Source: an uncultured Dehalococcoidales bacterium
GTDB lineage: Bacteria; Chloroflexota; Dehalococcoidia; GIF9; UBA5629
Reading direction: 5' to 3'
Assembly: GCA_964582065.1 (NCBI GenBank)
Contig: CAZOQG010000001.1
Coordinates: forward strand, 1-50,528
DNA: 50,528 nucleotides
Made by a program: the position numbers and the translations under genes. Under the pieces are notes generated by a model. It searched no databases and had not been told where the DNA came from. It saw nothing but the letters and a program-made list of their open reading frames with translations. Position 1 is the stretch's first letter. Each line of letters begins with the position of its first letter. Below, piece by piece: positions 41,945 to 50,528 of the stretch.

Positions 41945-42924
41945 TCCAACGAGTACAATATGTTGTGGTCCTTCGTCTTTTTCCGTATCTTCCCGACTGC
42001 TTCCAGATAGTCCAGATGAGCGATGGTTTCTCCAACAGCAAACCATTTCTGCACCGGAGGGAACTCTTCCCACGAGCTACAGTCTATGTCCCAGGCTATG
42101 TAGGGGGCAACCTCCCATGCGCTCTTATCCCCACCTTCAAGAGCAGACAGACCCTCACGTAGCCTGCTTTGATGATGTTCCTGTAATTCCCTGATTCTTC
42201 TTCTGTGGTCATTCCAGATCCTTCGATGGCCTGGCAGGACAAGGCTCACATCAAGGGGGTACACCTTTTCCAGGCTTGCCAGATACGCTCCGAGCGCATT
42301 TTCCAGTTCCGGCCAGCAAGTAATGTTGGGAGTGATGTCAATAAGGATGTGGTCACCAGCCACCAGGATTTTCTTGTTAGCCTCGTAGAGACACATATGA
42401 CCCGGCGAGTGTCCCGGGGTTTCAATGCACCTGAACGAGTAGTCTCCAATCTCTATTGCGTCGCCTTCTTTCAACACACAAAAATCTAGCCGACGTTTTG
42501 GGCTGTATCGAAAGCCAGGATGGCCTTCCAGCACTTTCTTCATCTCGTCCTCAGGAAAGCCATTCGAACAGAAAAATCTGAAGCGTTCTTCCCAGTGCTC
42601 TTTAGCTTTTTCAATCTCGGCACCCATAATAGAGGCTTCCACTTCGCTGAAGTAGATTTTCGAAGTATCCGTGGCCAACTTTCCCACCAGGCCCGAGTGA
42701 TCCGCGTGCAAGTGAGTAATGAAGAAGTCTGTCTTGCTTAAGTCGACGTCCAGTTTCTCTAAACTCGCCCGCATCGGGCGCAAACATTCCTCGCGGTTCA
42801 TCCCCGTATCAATAATCAAAGACCGCCCCCCATCCTTTATCAAGTATGAGTTCAAAGCCTTTAGAGGGCTTTTGGGGAGAGGAATTTCAATCCTGTAAAG
42901 GTCAGGCAATATCTCTTCAAACAC
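41941..42924 (-). CDS. MBL-fold metallo-hydrolase
   Basis: LIIDTG, ITHLHADHSG, TPGHSPGH and VLPGH. Confidence 0.85.
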   Translation of the reverse strand: MFEEILPDLYRIEIPLPKSPLKALNSYLIKDGGRSLIIDTGMNREECLRPMRASLEKLDVDLSKTDFFITHLHADHSGLVGKLATDTSKIYFSEVEASIMGAEIEKAKEHWEERFRFFCSNGFPEDEMKKVLEGHPGFRYSPKRRLDFCVLKEGDAIEIGDYSFRCIETPGHSPGHMCLYEANKKILVAGDHILIDITPNITCWPELENALGAYLASLEKVYPLDVSLVLPGHRRIWNDHRRRIRELQEHHQSRLREGLSALEGGDKSAWEVAPYIAWDIDCSSWEEFPPVQKWFAVGETIAHLDYLEAVGKIRKKTKDHNILYSLE

Positions 42925-43222
42925 TAGGTTAACCTCCGACTCAAAACGTTTCGACTATTGTACCACCTTTTTTGGCTTTTGTCCTCGCTCCGATTTCAAT
43001 CACAAGAAATGTAACCCAAGACAATCTAGATATGGCCCGATTATCAATCTCAAGCAAGGCTAAAACGGGGGCATATGGGGCAATGGACATGTATTCAAGG
43101 AATGAATGCCCAACGGCTGTAAGGGACAGGCAGCCTCAGGGCCAACATGATGAGAGCAGGCCTGGTAGTGCTCAGATTGGAATAGTCGTAACCATACTGC
43201 CTAAGCTATAAGATATTGAGGG

Positions 43223-44221
43223 CTAACTGCGCAGCCCTGTTTCTTTCAGTTCTGTGACTAAGCAGGGAAGGATATCGCACAGGTCTCCCACCAAGCCTAT
43301 GTCCGCCACATCAAAGATCGGGGCATTGGGGTTCTGATCAATGGCCAAGACAACCTTTGCCTTCAGGAAACCGGCAGTGAACTGAGGAGCACCTGAAGCA
43401 CCAACACTAATGAACAGCTTCGGGCTCACTGTTTTACCGCTCTGGCCAACCATTCTGTGCTCAGGAATCCACCCGCTATCTACAGCTGGCCGAGTACCGG
43501 CTACTGCCCCACCTAGAACCTTTGCCAATTCCTCAACTAGTTCAAATCCTCCGGCGGAAAGCAGACCCCACCCACCAGCCACCACCACCTCAGCCTCCTC
43601 CAGGGCTGCTCCAGTGCTCTCCTCGTGGACCATTTCCAGCGTCTCTACCCTAAGCTCTTGTTGCACATCAACAGCTAGCGTAATAATCTCCCCCTCCCTC
43701 TCCTCCCAGTCGCATTTTGTCATGACCCCGGGACTCACGGTAGCTATCTGAGGTCTTCTCACAGGGCAGGCAATATTTACCATTAGATTCCCCCCCCAGC
43801 CCGGCACCACCTGAACCAATTGGGGCTTCTCAGTGTCTTCATTGACAATACGTAGCTCCACGCAGTGAGCAGTCAGTCCGGTCTTCAGCTTAGCCGCTAT
43901 CCTCGGAGCTAAGTCCCTGCCAATGCTAGTGGCTCCAATCAGTACGATTCCCGGTTTGTGTGTATCGACAAGCTTTGCTACCAAATCAGCATATACTTCG
44001 CTCTGGTAAAATCGAAGCCTCGGGTCCTCCCCTACGTAAACCCTGTCCGCACCGTAGCATACCAGTTGGCGAGTCAGTGCCCGAACCCTGTCTCCCAACA
44101 AGACGGCAGCCAATCCTACCTTCAGCTGCCGAGCTAATTCCGTCCCCTTGCCTAAAAGCTCAAAGGAGACGTTCATCAGTTTTCCCACCCTTTGCTCAGC
44201 GATGACCCAGACCTCGTTCAT
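43223..44221 (-). CDS. etfA: Electron transfer flavoprotein, alpha subunit
   Basis: VVAGGWG and PKLFISVGASGAPQFTAG (FAD-binding signature region). ATGA overlap with etfB. Confidence 0.9.
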   Translation of the reverse strand: MNEVWVIAEQRVGKLMNVSFELLGKGTELARQLKVGLAAVLLGDRVRALTRQLVCYGADRVYVGEDPRLRFYQSEVYADLVAKLVDTHKPGIVLIGATSIGRDLAPRIAAKLKTGLTAHCVELRIVNEDTEKPQLVQVVPGWGGNLMVNIACPVRRPQIATVSPGVMTKCDWEEREGEIITLAVDVQQELRVETLEMVHEESTGAALEEAEVVVAGGWGLLSAGGFELVEELAKVLGGAVAGTRPAVDSGWIPEHRMVGQSGKTVSPKLFISVGASGAPQFTAGFLKAKVVLAIDQNPNAPIFDVADIGLVGDLCDILPCLVTELKETGLRS

Positions 44222-45018
44222 GTTGTTATCAACTCGTGAAGCCTATTCACTGCTTTCTTGGCTATCTGTCTAGGTGGCCCCTCGAGGATCTCCCTTCGGC
44301 GTGTTGTATCCCGTTCAAATATCCCAGTGACGTGAGTTGGCGAGCCCTCAAGCCCAATCATGTCCTGAGTGGCTCCAATATCGGAAGCCCCCCAGATTTG
44401 CATCTCCTTACTCCCTGCTTCCATTATCGCCCATACTGTAGGCAACCTAGGTTGGTTGATCCCCTTGGCCACTGCGAGCATAGCTGGCAATTTCACCCTA
44501 ACCTTCATATAGCCCTCCTCCAAGGCTTGCTTGACTATCAAGCTACTTCCTTGCTCAAAGGCAATCTGAATAACAGAGGTTACATGGGGAATATCGAGGA
44601 ACTCGGCAAGTTGTGGCCCTACCTGGCCGGTGCCACTATCTATCGTCTCGTTGCCACAAAGGATGAGACCGAAGCGCCCCAGCTTCTTGATACCGCAAGC
44701 CAGGGAATAAGCAGTGGCCAGAGTATCCGCCCCAGCGAAGGACTTGTCACAGAGCAGAACGGCGTCGTCAGCTCCGATTGCCAGTGCCTCCTCGAGGGCG
44801 CATTTTGCTTGCGGAGGCCCCATGCTTATCGCCGTCACCTTGCCCGAAAACTCCTCTCGAATCCTCAACGCCTCCTCCAGGGCATGAAGGTCCGGCGGAT
44901 TGATTACCGCAGGGATGCCTTCTCTGCTTATCGTCTGCCGGATAGGGTCAAGAGTAATCCGGGAGAAATGCTCAGGATGTGGAACCTGCTTGATGCAAAC
45001 TATGATATTGAGAGACAT
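44218..45018 (-). CDS. etfB: Electron transfer flavoprotein, beta subunit
   Basis: MSLNIIVCIKQVPHPE..., 266 aa, directly downstream of the acyl-CoA dehydrogenase gene. Confidence 0.9.
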   Translation of the reverse strand: MSLNIIVCIKQVPHPEHFSRITLDPIRQTISREGIPAVINPPDLHALEEALRIREEFSGKVTAISMGPPQAKCALEEALAIGADDAVLLCDKSFAGADTLATAYSLACGIKKLGRFGLILCGNETIDSGTGQVGPQLAEFLDIPHVTSVIQIAFEQGSSLIVKQALEEGYMKVRVKLPAMLAVAKGINQPRLPTVWAIMEAGSKEMQIWGASDIGATQDMIGLEGSPTHVTGIFERDTTRRREILEGPPRQIAKKAVNRLHELITT

Positions 45019-45040
45019 GGACGTGGTCTAAACCAGTCTG

Positions 45041-46174
45041 CTATCGAGCAATAGCGCCGCCGATGATGACTCTCTGTACGTCCTGGGCACCTGCCGCTGG
45101 CAGCATCTCTAAGGCATCCCTGAGACGGCGCACAAGCTGATATTCAGGAATAAGTCCATAGCCGCCCATTATTTCCGCTGCCTTGAGGCATACCTTGTTG
45201 GCGACATCTGTGGCATACAACTTCGCTCTGGCTATGTCCGAGCCTATCTCCCCCGGGCTCTTGCCCTGGTCCAAGAGCCAGCCTGTGTAGTAGCATAACC
45301 ATCTCGCTGCTTCAATTTCCACATTCATGTTCACCAGTGCAAACTGAACTGCCTGAAGCTGAACTATGGGCTTGCCATATAGGTTTCTCTCCTTGGCAAA
45401 CCTGAGGGTCACCTCATAAGCCCCCTGGGCAATACCTAAGCTGACTGCCGCTGCCCCGGGCCTGCCCACAGCCCCGATGCCAGCGAGTGCTAACCGCACG
45501 CCTCGTCCTTCCTGGCCAACCAGGTTTTCCTTGGGAATTCGGCAATTGGTAAAAGCTAACTCACTGACGGGAATCGACCCCAGTCCCAGCCTTCCCTCCC
45601 TTCTGGGAGTTGTGAACCCCGGGGTTCCTTTCTCAACCAGCAGGAGGTTGGTGCCGTCCCCTGCTTTGGCGACGAAGCCAACCACGTCGGCCGTTTCGCC
45701 CGCTGTAATAAAGACCTTGCGGCCGTTGACGTTATACTCATCGCCTACCAATTCGGCAGTCGTCTGGAGTGTGGACGCATCAGAGCCGCCTGTCGCCTCG
45801 GTAAGGGCCCAGGCCATAACTGTATCTCCCTGGCAAAGAGGAGGCAAGTACTTCTTCTTCTGTTCGTCGCTGCCGAAGTTCTGTAGTCCATACATACCTA
45901 TCTGCCCGGTCTGGAAGTAGAAGCCCAGAGGGGGATAAACTCGCGATATCTCCTCAATCATAATCATCCTGGCCAGATGGCCCATGTCCGACCCGCCATA
46001 CTCCTTGGAGTTGATTATCCCCACCAGCCCCAGCTTGGCTGCCTTCTTCAACGCCTCGAACGGGAACTCTCCCTTCTCATCGAAGCTCAAGGCGTTGGGC
46101 GCGAGTTCGCTCTCGGCAAACGCTCGAACCATGTCCCTCAGCATCTCTTGCTCTCGAGTCGGAGCAAAATCCAT
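45041..46174 (-). CDS. Acyl-CoA dehydrogenase (butyryl-CoA-dehydrogenase-like)
   Basis: ALTEATGGSDA, the QIGMYGL region, IMGGYGLIPEYQLVRRLRDA and a catalytic-base region near the C-terminus. Confidence 0.9.
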   Translation of the reverse strand: MDFAPTREQEMLRDMVRAFAESELAPNALSFDEKGEFPFEALKKAAKLGLVGIINSKEYGGSDMGHLARMIMIEEISRVYPPLGFYFQTGQIGMYGLQNFGSDEQKKKYLPPLCQGDTVMAWALTEATGGSDASTLQTTAELVGDEYNVNGRKVFITAGETADVVGFVAKAGDGTNLLLVEKGTPGFTTPRREGRLGLGSIPVSELAFTNCRIPKENLVGQEGRGVRLALAGIGAVGRPGAAAVSLGIAQGAYEVTLRFAKERNLYGKPIVQLQAVQFALVNMNVEIEAARWLCYYTGWLLDQGKSPGEIGSDIARAKLYATDVANKVCLKAAEIMGGYGLIPEYQLVRRLRDALEMLPAAGAQDVQRVIIGGAIAR

Positions 46175-46278
46175 AGTAAATCCCTCCTTCTAAAAGATTA
46201 TGTAGTTTGACCCCCAGCCGACTTTGCCTTAGGCACAATTTACGCTAGGCAACAGAATTATAACAAAACACGAGGGAA

Positions 46279-46848
46279 ATGACAGCTGAGGACAATGCCT
46301 GCTTCATTGTATCATACGCCTGCGGATGGAGCGAAGACGACGCTGAGGGCGAAAAGGGGTTTGTCGGTTTTACGAAAGCAATGGACTATGCCGCGAACGA
46401 CGATGCGGCAAAGGCACGTTTGGATAGTGTCAGGCAGGCTAAGCTAGACAAGGGGCAATATGCTGGGGTCGTCTTTTCGCCCTTGGAAAGAAGCAAAGTC
46501 GAGCCAGACCTGGTCATGGTGTTTTGCAACCCGGCCCAACTAATGAGACTGGTGCACGGAGCAACCTAGGGAGCGGGTACAAGCCTACGCCCTGCTTTCC
46601 GTGGTTTTGCGGCATCCTGTGTCGAAGGGATTCTGCAAACACTCAAGGATAGGGAGCCAAAGGTAGCACTACCCGGAAACGGCGAGAGAGTCTGGGCCAT
46701 GGTGCAGGATGATGAGTTCCTTTTCACCATCCCCGCCGGTTCACTCGATCAGGTTATTGCCGGCCTTGAAGCTACTGACCGAAGCGGCGTCCGATACCCG
46801 ATACCCGTCGACGTGAGACACCAGCCAACCTTGCCAAAATGGCCTTAA
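46279..46848 (+). CDS. DUF169-like protein interrupted by an in-frame TAG at 46567-46569 (pseudogene or recoded)
   Basis: VVFSPLERSKVEPDLVMVFCNPAQLMRLVHGAT-TAG-GAGTSLRPAFRGFAASCVEGI...DDEFLFTIPAGSLDQVIAGLEATDRSGVRYPIP. The same frame continues for 93 more codons to TAA 46846-46848. Confidence 0.5.
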
Positions 46849-47164
46849 GAAAGCCGGCAAGAAAGCTGCTGAAGACCCGTTGGTCATTCTTTAACCACGC
46901 CAGCGGCCAATTGGCTTGCCGCCTGACCGCGCTGGAGAGACACAGTCAACCCAGCAATTGTCGGGGGGAACGGTGTGGCAGTCCTATTATCTCAGCGGTT
47001 TTCCACAGAATTCGGCATAGAGGCAAGAAAAGCGGCAAACCAGCTACAGACCCTGTTCCCCGAGACGGCAGTCATGTCCGCAGCAATTCGGCACGTGGCC
47101 GTGGGGAGGCCGCTTTAGCCCCCGGGGCAGCGCTTTGGGCTTGATATCCAGAACCAGCAGACTT

Positions 47165-50041
47165 CTATGCACCCTCAGCCAATATGCGATTTATTTCCTT
47201 CTTTAGCTGCTCAGCATCAAAGGGTTTATCGATGCGAAGGGCTTTTGTCCTGGAAAGGAAAGCTGTGGTGTCGGCTCCCATAACATCACCAGTGATGAAG
47301 ACCACTCTCCTGGCTAACGATTGAGCCGTTTTCTTGAAATGGTTATACAGCTCGATACCACTCATTCCGGGCATTTTGATGTCCAGCAGGATGAGGCTGT
47401 ACCTTTCAGTCTCGACCTTTTCCAGGGCATCATCGGCATTGTCTACAGTTTCTACCTCGTGTCCTTCATCAGTCAGCACATGGCTTAGGAAGTCCCTGAT
47501 GACAGGCTCATCATCTACTACCAGTATTCTGGCTTTAGCTGCCTCTTGAGATTCCTCAACCTCTGGTTCAGCCAGTCCCAATTGTCGAGGTCTGGTGACG
47601 ATGGGTAATTCCACGATGAAGGTAGCCCCTTGGCCTCGCTTGCTCTCAGCATATATCTGCCCATTGTGTTCAGCGATAATCCCGTGACACACGCTCAAAC
47701 CAAGTCCTGTTCCCTGGCCTACTTCCCGGGTAGTAAAGAAGGGGTCAAATAGTCTTGCCATATTCTCCCTGGCTATCCCTGGGCCATTATCTTTGAAAGA
47801 TATCCGTATCGTGTTATCTATGGCCTCTGTCCTAATGGAGAGCTTACCCTTACCATGAGCCAATTTCATCTCGGTCTCGGCATTCACGATCAGGTTCAGG
47901 AACACTTGTTGCAGCTGAGCGCCATCTGCAATGGTCGCTCGCAATTCGGGAGCAAAGTAGGTGCTAACCTTTATATTGTTGGTCTCCAGTTCATAAGTAC
48001 GAAAGGCGAGAGTGGTTTCGATAAGCTCGTTTATACTGACATAGTCTCGCTGTGGTTTATGCTGCCGGGCGAAGGTAAGCAGCCTCTTTACGACACCGGC
48101 TACCCGTTGGGCACCATCATGGATAAGCTTCACATCGTTCTTGATGTCTCCCGGGATATCCCTTCCCATCAGCAACTGGGCGTAGCCGATAACGCCGGTG
48201 AGGGGATTATTTATCTCGTGGGCAATGCCTGATGCCATCTCGCCGACCGTAGCCAGGCGGCTTGCCATCTGGGCCTTCTGCTCCAATTGCCGTCTTTCTT
48301 CCTCTGCCTGCCTACGCTGGGTGATGTCACGGCTGACTCCACGAAATCCGATGATGTCGCCGTCCGAGTTTCGTACAGGCGAAGCTGAGGTTTCCAGGGA
48401 GCGTTTGGAGCCATCTTTTCGAACGATTTCCCAGGAAAAGCCCTGCATTGGTTTGCCAGTCCGATAGACTTCGTTAAAGGCCTGGTACACGCGCTTAGCA
48501 TCCTCTCCGACCGAGTAAGTACGCGAGCTCACTCCCATCGACTCTTCTGCGGCATACCCGAAGATGCGGCACAATGCCTCGTTGAAGAAGGTGATGTTGC
48601 CGGCAATGTCTACCTCGAAGTAGCCGTCTTCGACACCTTCCAGGATAGTCCGGTATCTCTCCTCAGATTGCCGCAAAGCCTCCTCGGCCTGCTTGCGCTC
48701 GGTGATGTCCCTGCCGATTCCCCGAAAGCCGATAATCTGCCCGTCTTGGTTATGCAGAGGAAGGACTGTGGTTTCGGCAAATCCTGTGCTCCGATCCCCC
48801 CGAACAATTTCCCAGGAAAAGCTTTTGACCGGCTTGCCTGTCCGATAGGCCTCATTGAAGGCCTTGTACACGTCGTCAATGCTCTTTTCCGCAGAGAAGG
48901 TTTTATAGCTTGCCCCCATCAATTCTTGTCTGGAAAGTCGCAGGTTGCGACAAGTTGCCTCATTGGCGAAGGTGATATGGCCACTCAGGTCTACCTCAAA
49001 GTAGCTATCTTCCATCTCATCCAGTACAGTCCGGTACCTCTCTTCAGACTGCCTTAGCGCTTCTTCTGCTTGCTTACGCTCGGTGATGTCTCTGGCGACA
49101 CCCTGAATCGCATAGGGCTTCCCCCCATGGTAAATAACAGATGCTTTGGTTTCCACACACACATATTCACCGTTCTTCCTCTCTAACATATACTCCGTTA
49201 GCTCTTGTTGAGAACCGGTTTCTTTTAGCTCTTGAAGCATGTCAAAAGCCTGTGGAATTTGGTCTTCGCTTAGCAACGATGCAAAATTAAGAGAAAGGAT
49301 TTCTTCCTTGTCATAACCGAGCAGGTTTAAGGCTACTTGGTTTGCGTCAATGAAATTGCCTTCAAAATCATGGACGTACACGCAATCAAGCGAGCGGTCA
49401 AACAAGGCCCGGTAGCGCTCCTCGCTTTGCCGCAGCGCTTGCTCTGCCTGCTTGCGTTCAGCCAACTCCAATTGAAGCTGCTCATTGGCCATCTGCAGTT
49501 CAGCTGTGCGCTGTTCCACCAGCGTCTCAAGATGCTGGCGATGTTTTGTTAATTCCTCCTCCATTCGCTTGCGCTCGGTGGTGTCTCTAGCAATACCTAA
49601 AGCGGCAACCATATTTCCTTGAGAGTCTAGTATTGGCGAGGCGTCATTTAAGATATTGATATAGAAACCGTGTTTGGTTCTATATCTGTATTCCATGGTT
49701 TCCTGAGTCTTGTGTTCAACCAACCGGCTAAATTGCTCTCTCACAGCTTCTGAATCTTCAGGATGAACTAATTCAAACCCGTTTATTTCCTTTATTTCTT
49801 CAGGTGAATACCCCAGGTGTTTCATAAATGCCTTGTTGGTGAACAAGAAATCCCCCTTTATGTCCACTGTAAATATCATATCCGAGGAGAGTTCTATCAA
49901 GTCCCCATTCACTTGTTCAGATTCTCCTGGCGCCTCCTCCTGCTCGCGCTCGGTTTTCGATGCTTCCAATTGAGCAATCCGTTGGCACGCACGTTCCAAC
50001 TCGGCCATGAGCTGCTCTGTTGTTTTATCTTTGACTTTCAT
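47165..50041 (-). CDS. Hybrid sensor histidine kinase: coiled-coil, 4-5 PAS domains, HisKA, HATPase and a C-terminal receiver
   Basis: GIAHEINNPLT (H-box), NLIVNA, DNGPGI, GTGLGLS, and receiver ILVVDDEP...LILLDIKMPGMSG. ATG 50041 is preferred; the ORF is open from TTG 50134. Confidence 0.9.
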   Translation of the reverse strand: MKVKDKTTEQLMAELERACQRIAQLEASKTEREQEEAPGESEQVNGDLIELSSDMIFTVDIKGDFLFTNKAFMKHLGYSPEEIKEINGFELVHPEDSEAVREQFSRLVEHKTQETMEYRYRTKHGFYINILNDASPILDSQGNMVAALGIARDTTERKRMEEELTKHRQHLETLVEQRTAELQMANEQLQLELAERKQAEQALRQSEERYRALFDRSLDCVYVHDFEGNFIDANQVALNLLGYDKEEILSLNFASLLSEDQIPQAFDMLQELKETGSQQELTEYMLERKNGEYVCVETKASVIYHGGKPYAIQGVARDITERKQAEEALRQSEERYRTVLDEMEDSYFEVDLSGHITFANEATCRNLRLSRQELMGASYKTFSAEKSIDDVYKAFNEAYRTGKPVKSFSWEIVRGDRSTGFAETTVLPLHNQDGQIIGFRGIGRDITERKQAEEALRQSEERYRTILEGVEDGYFEVDIAGNITFFNEALCRIFGYAAEESMGVSSRTYSVGEDAKRVYQAFNEVYRTGKPMQGFSWEIVRKDGSKRSLETSASPVRNSDGDIIGFRGVSRDITQRRQAEEERRQLEQKAQMASRLATVGEMASGIAHEINNPLTGVIGYAQLLMGRDIPGDIKNDVKLIHDGAQRVAGVVKRLLTFARQHKPQRDYVSINELIETTLAFRTYELETNNIKVSTYFAPELRATIADGAQLQQVFLNLIVNAETEMKLAHGKGKLSIRTEAIDNTIRISFKDNGPGIARENMARLFDPFFTTREVGQGTGLGLSVCHGIIAEHNGQIYAESKRGQGATFIVELPIVTRPRQLGLAEPEVEESQEAAKARILVVDDEPVIRDFLSHVLTDEGHEVETVDNADDALEKVETERYSLILLDIKMPGMSGIELYNHFKKTAQSLARRVVFITGDVMGADTTAFLSRTKALRIDKPFDAEQLKKEINRILAEGA
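48329..49090 (-). repeat. Tandem duplicated PAS module (2 x 381 nt) inside the kinase gene
   Basis: Units 49090-48710 and 48709-48329 both begin DITERKQAEEALRQSEERYRT and share YFEVD, GKP..FSWEI and IGFRG. A third copy of the linker (ERKQAEQALRQSEERYRALF) lies at 49456-49400. Confidence 0.7.
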
Positions 50042-50528
50042 CTTGTGTTCGTCCTGGAATCGGGTGATTACGGAGAACTGACAATCCCACCTGATCCTTC
50101 CTAACTGATTAAAATCATGCAGCTTGCTTGGCAATATATGACCCTGCTCCTATCTATCTCGGTCAGTTGCAAGTTGTTACGGTATACCAGCACCAATCCT
50201 CCTATTTATCCCGAATGTAGCACCATCTCCGTTCCGATTATACGCCCAACCGAAGGTGAATATAATAGGAATTTGGTAACAGGCAGAATAGCCATTTAGT
50301 AACCCATTACTTGGCTGTGTGCTTCTAGAGAGGGCAAAGCAAATATACCCCTCCAGATTTTGTAGCTAAACGGATAAACAGATGCGGCTTTGTCGTAGTG
50401 GCTAACCCGTGCCCGCGCGCAGTGCAATTACAACTTTGGAGGGGGACGTAGTATTGCGAGAGATTGGCTGGGTTCCAGTTTAGTAGGCCCATAATGTGTA
50501 ACAAGAAGGCTGGATATCCTCTGTTTCC

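Noticed and set aside
46839-47144. A 101-aa plus-strand ORF between the DUF169-like gene and the kinase. Another frame here reads AIVGGNGVAVLLSQRFSTEFGIEARKAANQLQTLFPETAVMSAAIRH without a start codon.
   Set aside because: The 101-aa frame is Arg/Ser/Pro-rich with no RBS. The alternative frame has no start codon and I could not assign a family. It may be a gene fragment but cannot be supported.
1-50528. CRISPR arrays, rRNA genes, an intact prophage or integrase, and toxin-antitoxin pairs.
   Set aside because: I saw no regularly spaced direct repeats, no rRNA-like conserved blocks, and no integrase, terminase or capsid-like ORFs. The only mobile-element trace is the transposase remnant at 20423-20833.

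Overview
This is a 50.5-kb, gene-dense window with about 50 credible CDS, no rRNA, no intact tRNA and no CRISPR array. It looks like the genome of a strict anaerobe, given the oxygen-sensitive radical enzymes, GGAGG-type ribosome-binding sites and lipoprotein signal peptides. No taxon can be assigned from the sequence alone. All family calls come from motif recognition by eye; no database search was possible.

Gene content in order:
- 1-3613: the 3' part of a benzoyl-CoA-reductase / 2-hydroxyacyl-CoA-dehydratase-like gene set (one HgdB/BcrB-like subunit and two different BcrAD/BadFG ATPases), followed by a gamma-CA/PaaY-like hexapeptide protein.
- 3878-8225: a Cys-rich repeat lipoprotein, a PPC/DUF296 protein, an iron-sulfur flavoprotein, an MFS transporter and a VOC-fold protein.
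- 8226-8850: a scar region with tRNA T-arm-like fragments and an acyl-CoA-synthetase gene remnant.
- 8855-16421: a TetR regulator and a Liv-type ABC importer operon with an embedded acyl-CoA synthetase.
- 16528-20171: MaoC-type two-subunit hydratase genes, an SDR and a phosphoesterase.
- 20423-20833: a degraded IS3-like transposase remnant.
- 20978-29131: the centrepiece. Two dissimilar glycyl-radical enzymes (GRE-1 and GRE-2) share one radical-SAM activase, with an NMO/FabK-like flavoenzyme and a crotonase.
- 29162-30883: a Cas4-like Fe-S PD-(D/E)XK nuclease plus a YprB/MrfB-like exonuclease on the opposite strand.
- 31167-39940: a DHA2-type MFS, an orphan TPP-dependent E1 alpha/beta pair, DegV, a PEBP lipoprotein, an ECF-S-like protein with DUF1893, and a beta-helix (bactofilin-like) membrane protein.
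- 39989-46174: a third, inverted MaoC hydratase pair, a rhomboid protease, an MBL hydrolase, and acyl-CoA dehydrogenase with EtfAB.
- 46279-50041: a DUF169-like gene interrupted by an in-frame TAG, and a multi-PAS hybrid histidine kinase.

The strongest candidate for an undescribed system is the dual-GRE / single-activase island embedded in CoA-ester catabolism. GRE-2 has an atypical Cys loop (INNCMVP).
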